DNA from: an uncultured Cytophagales bacterium
GTDB lineage: Bacteria; Bacteroidota; Bacteroidia; Cytophagales; JAAEPT01
DNA length: 64,000 bases
Reading direction: 5' to 3'
Assembly (NCBI GenBank): GCA_963815495.1
Contig: CAWFGW010000025.1
Location: forward strand, 7,013-71,012
Numbering within the stretch: the first letter of the stretch is position 1; each line of letters opens with the position of its first letter. Shown here in pieces: positions 9,476-17,366 of this stretch. Position numbers and translations under genes: made by a program. The notes below the pieces were generated by a model. It did not search any database. It saw only the letters and a list, made by a program, of their open reading frames with translations, and had not been told where the DNA came from.

Positions 9476-10185
9476 CCGCTAGCGCAAGCATCCTTGCTTG
9501 TGCTAAATAAATAATGGGTAGTCCAGCGATGTAGCTTTTTTGTTTAATCTGTTAATTTTTATTAAATAGTATTTTTAAACATTATTTAAATGAGCAGGAA
9601 GTATAAATTTTTAAATAAAGAAGGCTTATATTTTGTCAGCTTTGCCACGGTCTACTGGATAGATGTTTTTACAAGGGAAGAGTATTTTGAGAAAGTTGTT
9701 GAAAGTATCAGGTTCTGCCAGAAGCAAAAAGGTTTAGAACTTTTTTCATGGTGTATAATGACCAACCATGTGCATATGATATTTAGAGCTAAAGACAATA
9801 ATCCATCAGAATTAATGCGAGCATTAAAAACATTTACATCAAACGAATTACAGAAGATAATTGCTGAAAATAATCAAGAGAGCAGAAAAGAATGGATGCT
9901 TTGGTTGATGGAACGAGCAGCACAAAAATCTAGTAATGTAAAACACAGGCAATTTTGGAGGCAAGATAATAAACCAATAGAACTTTGGAGTGCAGAAGTA
10001 ATAGATCAAAAATTACAATACATCCATATGAACCCAATAGTAGCAGGATTTGTCAATGAACCAGAACATTGGAGGTATAGTAGTGCAATTGATTTTTCTG
10101 GAGGTAAAGGTTTGTTAGAATTATATGAATTGTAAATTGAGTTATGAATTAAAATTTGCACAAGCAAGGATGCTTGCGCTAGCGG
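9476..10185 (+). mobile_element. REP-RAYT-REP unit, copy 2 (IRs 9476-9503 and 10158-10185)
   Basis: By my base-by-base comparison it is 708/710 nt identical to 6584-7293. The differences are 6696 g vs 9588 a and 6977 c vs 9869 a. The 28-nt terminal IRs are identical. Confidence 0.8.
9590..10135 (+). CDS. REP-associated tyrosine transposase (RAYT), copy 2
   Basis: 181 aa, identical to copy 1 except H94N (CAT to AAT). Confidence 0.8.
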   Translation: MSRKYKFLNKEGLYFVSFATVYWIDVFTREEYFEKVVESIRFCQKQKGLELFSWCIMTNHVHMIFRAKDNNPSELMRALKTFTSNELQKIIAENNQESRKEWMLWLMERAAQKSSNVKHRQFWRQDNKPIELWSAEVIDQKLQYIHMNPIVAGFVNEPEHWRYSSAIDFSGGKGLLELYEL

Positions 10186-10269
10186 GGGAAGTAGTATAAA
10201 TTTGATAATTGAATGATGTGTCTCAACTATATAATTAAAATGTATCGAGCGGACGCTCTACAAATAATT

Positions 10270-10301
10270 GGTCGTAGAAACGCTTCGCTAAATCTACGAC
10301 C
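10270..10301 (+). repeat. REP-like hairpin ggtcgtaga-N14-tctacgacc upstream of the 364-aa ORF
   Basis: Perfect 9-bp stem. Its 3' 21 nt (10281-10301, cgcttcgctaaatctacgacc) recur inverted at 11435-11455 (ggtcgtaggtttagcgaagcg), a 20/21 match. Confidence 0.7.
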
Positions 10302-10327
10302 AGATGGGGTTATAACTTATTAATAAA

Positions 10328-11422
10328 ATGACTCTAATAGCAGCATATATTCATAAAGGAAAAGCACATATCATAGCAGATTCTGCCGAAACAATGTCTT
10401 TCTCTACACCTTTTAAAATAAAAAATTCTCCAAGGGATAAGGATTTTTCATCATTATTTGAGCTACCATACTTTAATGAAAAAGAACAAAAAATAGTTAT
10501 GGAGGCTACAAATAAAATTTACTGTCTTAATAATGAACTTATATTAACATTTTCGGGAAGTGTCTCTGAAGGAGAAGATATAACTAAACAAATTAAATAC
10601 TCCCTAGAAAGAGATAACATTGAATCAATACCATCATTAATCTTATCAATATTAAAGAAACTTCAACCCACTAAATCACAATATATAGTAGGTGGAATGG
10701 AAAACGATTATCCATTTCTTGTTTATTATTTTGATGATAACAATCATAAAATATTAACAAAATTAGATCATTTACCATTATGTATAGCTGGTTATGGTAC
10801 ACAAATAGGATTTTCTCACTTGATAGAACAGACTATAAAGGACATCATAAAAAATCATGAACTGACATGCGAAGAATCATTAGTAATGGTTTGTTCCATT
10901 TGTCAATTTTTTTCACTGAAAGAATTAACTCTTAAAGATGGTGTGGGAGGATTTTTGAATGGCGTATTAATTTCCAAAGATGGAATCGAATGGGTAAGTG
11001 ACACTACATTTGTACAATATTCAGCAAAAAACCCTAAAGGAGATAAATATGTTTCACATAAATATAACAGGGATAATTCCGTCTTTATAATTGCTCCACA
11101 TTTTAAAAGTTGTTTTACAAACAGTTTGGAAACCTACAAAATGAATGATTTAGTGAAAAAATGGCAAGATGATATAGTTAATAAAAGTAATAATATTCCA
11201 TCCATTTATTTTGTTATGATATCTTATGATACTGCAACAATGGTAATCATCAGCAACAAGCGTAATAAAAAAAACAGAATAACCCTAAAAAATCTAAATG
11301 GGGATAAAATATTTAATTTTACATCAGAAACTATTAAGCATATGACTTCGTCTTATCATTCAGATAATATAGAAGAAATTGCACCTTATTTTTACACAAA
11401 TTTTTTAAGTTGGATTAATTAA
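10328..11422 (+). CDS. Hypothetical 364-aa protein: putative divergent proteasome-beta/HslV-like Ntn-hydrolase domain (aa ~1-225) plus unknown C-terminal domain; occupies variable slot 2
   Basis: By-eye motif match. M-T(1)LIAAYI; Asp at mature position 17 (HIIAD17S); ATNK(62)[21 protein letters not shown] vs E. coli HslV KK(33)[44 protein letters not shown] vs the beta-subunit hhhGG.D..gP.Ly.hD..G pattern; [10 protein letters not shown] at the GSG position; [19 protein letters not shown] vs D..SGG.h.h.hI.kdG. A ~29-aa insertion lies between D17 and the Lys. Not verified by any search. Confidence 0.4.
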   Translation: [364 protein letters not shown]

Positions 11423-11595
11423 GTCACTTCCACTGGTCGTAGGTTTAGCGAAGCGGTCCTTGTGGCTTACCCTCTGTTCGACATTTGCAATGTCAAACTA
11501 CAGATAAAAATGATTTGTAATCAGCTCTGCCTTGGCTTGTGTCTCCAAAACCAACGACAGTTGGTCAGTGAGGACACTGACTAAGGCGAGGTGAA

Positions 11596-11682
11596 GATTT
11601 GTTTTCAAGATGAAGAGATTACAGACAATCACTCATTCTTCGTGATTTCTGATGACGTGTTGCTCATTTTTTATCGTCATTC
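11596..11682 (+). repeat. ~88-nt multi-hairpin repeat, copy c
   Basis: Matches 7980-8066 with 1 substitution (ccagac to acagac). Confidence 0.8.
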
Positions 11683-11765
11683 TAAAAAATAGTGTTTACC
11701 TATGGGTGTACACAAGTATATAAAAGCATATTAAATCTTGTAACCTAACATTACCTTTTAAGACG

Positions 11766-12821
11766 ATGAAAAAACTACTACTACCCTTGATTTTACTTTC
11801 TGCTGTATTCCACGCTTATGCCGTTAATGAAATTCAGTTTGTTGACACCGTTTATGTCGAGTACCACCCACATTGTGACACCATCGCAGCTGTTCACATT
11901 GAAGGATGGTTTCCGGCAAGTAATTATGTCATTGACAGCATAGCAAATAAACCTATTGTCCACACAGGCCCTGGTCCAATAACAATTGCTGGACCTGAAA
12001 TTCAGCTTTACATATCAGAAACCGGGGGTGTTGGCACCCAATCTCCTGTTCCGTTTAAATCCGTTTATTACCTTCTTACCAAGGGTAGCAGCAACACATT
12101 CACGACACCCTATAGGTTTGTACCATTGATAGTTTACACCTACTTAAATCAGGATCTGTTGGAGGAGGTGAAACAGGCTGACTATAAATACAGAGGACAG
12201 ACAGGTTGTGTAAGTGTAATCCCAGCTTGTGACAACATCACCACTTTTGACGTATCGCTTGGCTGTCCAAGTAAACCCATTACAAATTGTGATTCTTTAC
12301 AAGTTCTTATCTCTACTGATTATGTTCCTTGTATGGGCTATACATTGATAGAAACCACTCAAACATTCAAAAAAGATACGGTTATCATCAAACATCAATT
12401 TCTGTACGATGACAACGGCCCTATTTGCATCGACTATTTTGGACCTTCATTTCGATTCACTAAAATAAAACCTCTAGATGCCGGAGATTATGTCGCAAAG
12501 GTAGAAATGCATTTTACAGGTGAATTGATATTTAAAGCTCCTGAATATTACTACAAAGATTTTACAGTAAATAAAGAGACGTGTCTCATCACAGGGCTAA
12601 ATGAATTCAATCAAAAATCGATGGTTTATCCGTCCGTGGTAGAGGATTACCTGAATCTAACTATTTCAGCTGAAAAAGTGCAAATTTATGATATGCAAGG
12701 CAATCAAGTGATGACAGCTCAGGGGAAAACGGTGCTTTTAAATAATTTACAGCCAGGGAATTACATTATAGAAATACAAACCAAAAAGGGGTTGTTTAGA
12801 GAAAAAATCATCAAGTTATAA
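11766..12821 (+). CDS. Secreted Cys-rich protein with T9SS C-terminal sorting domain, paralog B (351 aa)
   Basis: Differs from paralog A by 8 aa (I11L, D21N, Y/F, E/D, H/L, N/K, Q/R, I/L). Same signal peptide and CTD. Confidence 0.75.
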   Translation: MKKLLLPLILLSAVFHAYAVNEIQFVDTVYVEYHPHCDTIAAVHIEGWFPASNYVIDSIANKPIVHTGPGPITIAGPEIQLYISETGGVGTQSPVPFKSVYYLLTKGSSNTFTTPYRFVPLIVYTYLNQDLLEEVKQADYKYRGQTGCVSVIPACDNITTFDVSLGCPSKPITNCDSLQVLISTDYVPCMGYTLIETTQTFKKDTVIIKHQFLYDDNGPICIDYFGPSFRFTKIKPLDAGDYVAKVEMHFTGELIFKAPEYYYKDFTVNKETCLITGLNEFNQKSMVYPSVVEDYLNLTISAEKVQIYDMQGNQVMTAQGKTVLLNNLQPGNYIIEIQTKKGLFREKIIKL

Positions 12822-12824
12822 ATT

Positions 12825-12857
12825 AAGAAGAGCCACTATAAAGTGGCTCTTCTTTTA
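12825..12857 (+). terminator. Rho-independent terminator of T9SS paralog B
   Basis: Same 12-bp stem-loop as 9208-9240. Confidence 0.7.
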
Positions 12858-12951
12858 ATAATTGCTTTACATTGCACTTTTTACTGGCTTAAGTTTAGCT
12901 TGCGTAACTTTAGTCAATGATAAACTCAAGAATTCCTCATTTTAGATCTAT

Positions 12952-13040
12952 GATTCGTTTTCAAGATTGTTAGATTCCAGACAATCACTCATTCTTCGTG
13001 ATTTCTGGAATGACGTATTGTTTATTTTTTATCGTCATTC
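12952..13040 (+). repeat. ~88-nt multi-hairpin repeat, copy d
   Basis: Identical to 9335-9423 as far as I can read. Confidence 0.8.
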
Positions 13041-13143
13041 CGTAAAATGTGAAGCATGAGCATTTGTACGGAATCTCTTTGTTGAAACCTCCCTTAGCTC
13101 AAATTACGCTGAAAAAGCAATCGTTTAGCCAAAAATCGCAGCA

Positions 13144-13734
13144 TTAACCTTTATTATTATCTACCAAAAACCCTTCAGCCCTCAACTTCACAATGTCAAA
13201 AAACTCAGTAAAACCATCTTCCAATTCGTTGTAATGTTTCTTTAACTCAACCACAGCTGAATGCATGGTGTTTTGGTAAGGCGTTCTGCGCGACATGCTT
13301 TTCAGGATCTGATCAATACCATCAACTGTTGGGTATGACTGAATCCAATTCCGTTTTTTCATGTAATAAAAGTATTGTCCTGCTTTGTAATTAAGCCAGC
13401 TGTGATGTTGGTCAATCATTGCATAATAAATACTAGCCGCGTCTATCAGTGGGAGTTCGGAATAGGCCCTCCAGTTTTTGGCTAAAAAATGATCATATAC
13501 TACATCTATAATTACACTGGAATAATGTCGATGATTTATAAAGACACTTTTACTCGCTTTTGAAACTTCGTGATTGTCCATCAAAAAATCAATTTCGCGA
13601 TGCAAATCTATACCTTTTTGAATCCGCAAAGGTAAAGCGTCATATTCTTTTTTTGTCACAAAGTCACCTAAGAAATTTCCCGTTAAAATTTCTGAATCGT
13701 TAAACGAAAGGTAGAAGTGTGCTAAATAGTTCAA
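13144..13734 (-). CDS. acpH: Acyl carrier protein phosphodiesterase (AcpH); probable TTG start at 13734 (ORF-track ATG at 13812 likely too long)
   Basis: AcpH proteins start M-N-(F/Y)-L-A-H and are ~195 aa. Here the sequence ..TA-L-NYLAHFYLSFNDSEILTGNFLGDFV has TTG (complement of 13732-13734) exactly at that position. The ATG-initiated ORF would add 26 unrelated residues. Confidence 0.75.
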   Translation of the reverse strand: MNYLAHFYLSFNDSEILTGNFLGDFVTKKEYDALPLRIQKGIDLHREIDFLMDNHEVSKASKSVFINHRHYSSVIIDVVYDHFLAKNWRAYSELPLIDAASIYYAMIDQHHSWLNYKAGQYFYYMKKRNWIQSYPTVDGIDQILKSMSRRTPYQNTMHSAVVELKKHYNELEDGFTEFFDIVKLRAEGFLVDNNKG

Positions 13735-13886
13735 GGCCGTGAAATTGTAAATATTCTTATTACTTAAAGTTAACCTATAATTATTTTTATCATAACACGA
13801 ATTGTCTTCCATTGCGCTTTTTTTATACTAGAGTCAAACAGTTTCAATATAAAATGGTTAACTAGTGAGATAGGTAAATTACAGGC

Positions 13887-15302
13887 ATGAAAATTCTACT
13901 CACAGGTTCAACAGGTTATATCGGTAAAAGGGTCCTTTTATCGCTGGTTAAAAAAGACTACCAGATTGTTTGCTGCACGCGGGACAAAAAGCGATTTAAC
14001 CCACCAAAATCTATCGTAGATAATATTGAAGTCATTGAGGTTGATTTATTAAAAAAAGAAACCCTAGCCAATATTCCCAAAGACATTGATGCTGCCTATT
14101 ATTTAGTCCATTCGATGTCATCCTCCAAAGACTACACAAAACTAGAGTTTGAATCAGCTTGCAACTTTAGAGAAGCCATTGATCAGACTTCAGCTAAACA
14201 AGTAATCTACCTTAGTGGTATAGTCAACGAAGATGAGCTATCAGAACACCTCTCCTCTAGAAAAAATGTAGAAACAGAGCTTCAGAAAGGAAACTATCAC
14301 CTTACCACACTGCGTGCAGGAATTATTATTGGTTCCGGCAGTGCTTCCTTTGAAATTATTAGGGATCTGGTTGAAAAACTACCTGTAATGGTGACCCCAA
14401 AATGGCTATTGACCAAAAGTCAGCCGATTGCCATTACCGATGTAATTACTTATTTATCCGGGGCTTTGTTAAATGAAAAAACCTATGATCAAAGTTTTGA
14501 CATCGGTGGACCTGATGTAATGACTTATAAAGAAATGTTATTGGAATTCGCACGGGTTCGAGGATTAAAACGGTACATCATCACGATCCCTGTGATGACA
14601 CCAAAGCTTTCCTCCTACTGGCTCTACTTCGTTACTGCAACTTCATTTAAGTTAGCTACGGCACTGGTCAATAGCATGAAAGTAGAAATTGTTTGTAAAG
14701 ACAACCGAATAAAAGACTTGATAGCATCCGAAAACATCACCTATACTGATGCATTAAAAAATGCCTTTGCTCGTATTCAAAACAATGAGATCAAGTCCAG
14801 CTGGAAAGACTCCTTTATCAGCGGAGGATTAAACTTCAGCCTATCTGACTTCATAGACGTGCCTGTTCATGGCTGTTTTGTAGACAAACGAAGTGTGAAG
14901 GTTAAAAATCCTGAGAAGTGTCTCGAAAACCTATGGCAAATTGGTGGGGAAACAGGTTGGTATTACGCCACTTGGTTATGGAAAATTAGGGGCTACATGG
15001 ACAAAGTCGTAGGTGGTGTTGGCCTTCGAAGAGGAAGAACTAACCCTAATAAGATCGCCTCAGGCGATGCAGTAGATTTTTGGAGGGTATTGTTTGCTGA
15101 TAAAGAAAAGGGACGCCTGTTGTTATTTGCAGAGATGAAATTGCCTGGTGAAGCCTGGCTAGATTTTAGTATCGAAGACGGTAGGCTGTACCAAACCGCC
15201 ACATTTAGACCTATCGGGGTGATGGGTAGACTTTATTGGTATGCTGTTTTGCCCTTTCATCACCTTATTTTCAACGGAATGATTAATAACCTCAATAAAT
15301 AG
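13887..15302 (+). CDS. NAD(P)H-binding SDR/NmrA-like oxidoreductase with C-terminal DUF2867-like domain
   Basis: Rossmann motif MKILLTGSTGYIGKRV. The 471-aa two-domain layout is typical of this family. Confidence 0.65.
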   Translation: MKILLTGSTGYIGKRVLLSLVKKDYQIVCCTRDKKRFNPPKSIVDNIEVIEVDLLKKETLANIPKDIDAAYYLVHSMSSSKDYTKLEFESACNFREAIDQTSAKQVIYLSGIVNEDELSEHLSSRKNVETELQKGNYHLTTLRAGIIIGSGSASFEIIRDLVEKLPVMVTPKWLLTKSQPIAITDVITYLSGALLNEKTYDQSFDIGGPDVMTYKEMLLEFARVRGLKRYIITIPVMTPKLSSYWLYFVTATSFKLATALVNSMKVEIVCKDNRIKDLIASENITYTDALKNAFARIQNNEIKSSWKDSFISGGLNFSLSDFIDVPVHGCFVDKRSVKVKNPEKCLENLWQIGGETGWYYATWLWKIRGYMDKVVGGVGLRRGRTNPNKIASGDAVDFWRVLFADKEKGRLLLFAEMKLPGEAWLDFSIEDGRLYQTATFRPIGVMGRLYWYAVLPFHHLIFNGMINNLNK

Positions 15303-15305
15303 ACT

Positions 15306-16298
15306 TTACTTAATTAATGAGTTCGGACACGTTTTGCCCTTTACATAACAAGCAAGATTTTGAAAGGTGGTGTCGGCAATATTTTTCAAAGCAGTATGGG
15401 TCAAAAATGCTTGATGGCTAGTTATCATCACATTAGAGAAGGTTAGCAAGCGAGCAATATCATCATCTTGTAATATTTCATCGGAATGATCTTCGAAAAA
15501 CAATCCTTTTTCTTCTTCATACACATCCAGACCGAGGTAACCAATTTTACGCTTTTTTAACCCTCTAATGACTGCTTTTGTATCTATTAAAGCCCCACGA
15601 GAGGTGTTTATAATCATCACACCATCCTTCATCTGATTCACCGTGTCATCATTAATCAAATGTTTATTATCTGCTGTCAGCGGAGCATGTAATGAGATGA
15701 TGTCGGACTTGCTACACAACTCTTCTAACGTTACATAACGTATTCCTATCTGTTCAAAACTCGGGTTAACTACAGGATCTAAGGCAATTACTTCGCATCC
15801 CATACCTAACATAATATTAGCGACCTTCTTCCCTATTTTACCTACACCTATTAAACCCACTGTTTTTCCATGAAAATCAAAACCGGTAAGCCCATCCAAG
15901 GTAAAGTTTCCCTCACTCACTCTGTGATGCGCTTTAATAAGCTTTCTATTTAAAGCCATCATCAACGCAACGGTGTGTTCAGCTACGGCATAAGGTGAGT
16001 ACTCAGGCACGTTTGCCACAAACATCCCAAGTTCTTTGGCCTTGTTTAAATCTACATGATTAAAACCTGCTGAACGAAGTAAAATAGCTTTAACACCATA
16101 TTCGCTTAGCTTGACAATGACTTCTTCAGAAACAGTATCATTAACAAAAACACAAATCACTTCAGCCCCCTTAGCTAAAACAACAGTATCCATGGTTAAT
16201 AATACTGGCAACAGATTTAGAGAAAAGCCATATTCTGACGCGGCATTCTCTAGAGCGTTTTTCTCAAATTTATGCGAACTAAAAACGGTAATTTCCAT
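15306..16298 (-). CDS. ldhA: D-isomer-specific 2-hydroxyacid dehydrogenase (D-lactate dehydrogenase-like)
   Basis: GLIGVGKIGKKVA NAD-binding motif and the catalytic-region pattern INTSRGALID...ITSHQAF. 330 aa. Confidence 0.8.
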   Translation of the reverse strand: MEITVFSSHKFEKNALENAASEYGFSLNLLPVLLTMDTVVLAKGAEVICVFVNDTVSEEVIVKLSEYGVKAILLRSAGFNHVDLNKAKELGMFVANVPEYSPYAVAEHTVALMMALNRKLIKAHHRVSEGNFTLDGLTGFDFHGKTVGLIGVGKIGKKVANIMLGMGCEVIALDPVVNPSFEQIGIRYVTLEELCSKSDIISLHAPLTADNKHLINDDTVNQMKDGVMIINTSRGALIDTKAVIRGLKKRKIGYLGLDVYEEEKGLFFEDHSDEILQDDDIARLLTFSNVMITSHQAFLTHTALKNIADTTFQNLACYVKGKTCPNSLIK

Positions 16299-16324
16299 AG
16301 GTTCAAATAATTAAAAGTGAAGGG

Positions 16325-17269
16325 TTATTCCAAATTGTAAAATGATTTCCAGAAGTGAAATGCTTCATTTTCTTTTTTGACTATTAACAAGGGGATTGAA
16401 TGATTTTTTTCGACTAGTGATTCTGACACAGAGCCTAATAATACTGCACTTAAATTACTTTTACCTTTTGAACCACACACCAACAAATCGGATTTATTTC
16501 TCTTAGCTGCATCCAATAACGTTTTACCAATGTCATCGTGTTCATCCAAGGTATAATGTACTGAAGTATCTCCATTTAAATTCATCTGTGCGTGAAAACC
16601 TTCGTAGGCCTTTTGAGCATTTGATTTCATAATTGAGGCAAACTCTGTATAGGATTTCCCCGTTTTATGGTAGCCCTGAGGCACTTCATAGATGTGTTCG
16701 AACACTAATTCTGCCTTGGCTTTATTCCGTAAATAAATTGCTACTTCTGTAGCCAAGGCGGTATGATCAGAAAAATCCGTAGCCACCATCATTCGTTTAA
16801 AAGCTGGCTTAGCAGTTTCTGGCACCACAAAGACGTGACAAGGAACTTTTCGTATTAATTTTTTATGAATCACGTGTCGTGCCTTCCGTTCATCTTTTTT
16901 TCCGATAACTAATAAATCAACTTTTTCTTTCTTACAAGTCTCTAATATTTGAGGCAACACATCACCTTCCAGTGCTAAAAACTCAAGTGTGGTTTCATAC
17001 AAATTTAACGGGGTTGTTTCAGCAACCATTTCCTGCACAAATCGCTTGTTAATTTTTTCTTTAATATTGGAAAACTCTCTTGCTACATCGTTAGGTAAAT
17101 CAATTTCGGAATGAACATTTAGAAAAATTATTTTCTTTGGTTTCACAAACGTATTTAATTGCTTCACATATGCCAGGAGCGTAACATCCGTTACAGAAAA
17201 ATCTAACGCTACTAAGATAGTTTCATAACCTTTCATAAATTGCTCTTCACCAGATTGATAAGTAAACAT
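16325..17269 (-). CDS. Tandem-domain universal stress protein (UspA family)
   Basis: Two Usp-like halves (ILVALDFS... and MMVATDFS...), each ending in a G-2x-G-9x-G(S/T)-like ATP motif (VCGSKGKSNLSAVLLGSVSE). The start may instead be M12 (17236). Confidence 0.75.
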   Translation of the reverse strand: MFTYQSGEEQFMKGYETILVALDFSVTDVTLLAYVKQLNTFVKPKKIIFLNVHSEIDLPNDVAREFSNIKEKINKRFVQEMVAETTPLNLYETTLEFLALEGDVLPQILETCKKEKVDLLVIGKKDERKARHVIHKKLIRKVPCHVFVVPETAKPAFKRMMVATDFSDHTALATEVAIYLRNKAKAELVFEHIYEVPQGYHKTGKSYTEFASIMKSNAQKAYEGFHAQMNLNGDTSVHYTLDEHDDIGKTLLDAAKRNKSDLLVCGSKGKSNLSAVLLGSVSESLVEKNHSIPLLIVKKENEAFHFWKSFYNLE

Positions 17270-17366
17270 AGTTCAAAAGTACTTTTATTGTTTATAACCA
17301 AACATGAACACAATCAAAGACATGGCTGACATTTATCAGGTTTTTTCATAAGTTTAAGAGTCAAAT

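Larger units (their letters stand above)
11436..13091 (+). repeat. Segmental duplication, copy B of the 1.65-kb T9SS-cargo module
   Basis: Collinear with 7821-9474. The 3' 230 nt differ at a single position. Confidence 0.9.

Noticed and set aside
13088-13105. Sequence cctcccttagctcaaat after module B as a degenerate or empty REP attachment site (compare cctcaccgctagcgcaag after module A)
   Set aside because: Only scattered matches (cc..tagc.ca), which fits chance in a short AT-rich stretch. There is no hairpin potential.
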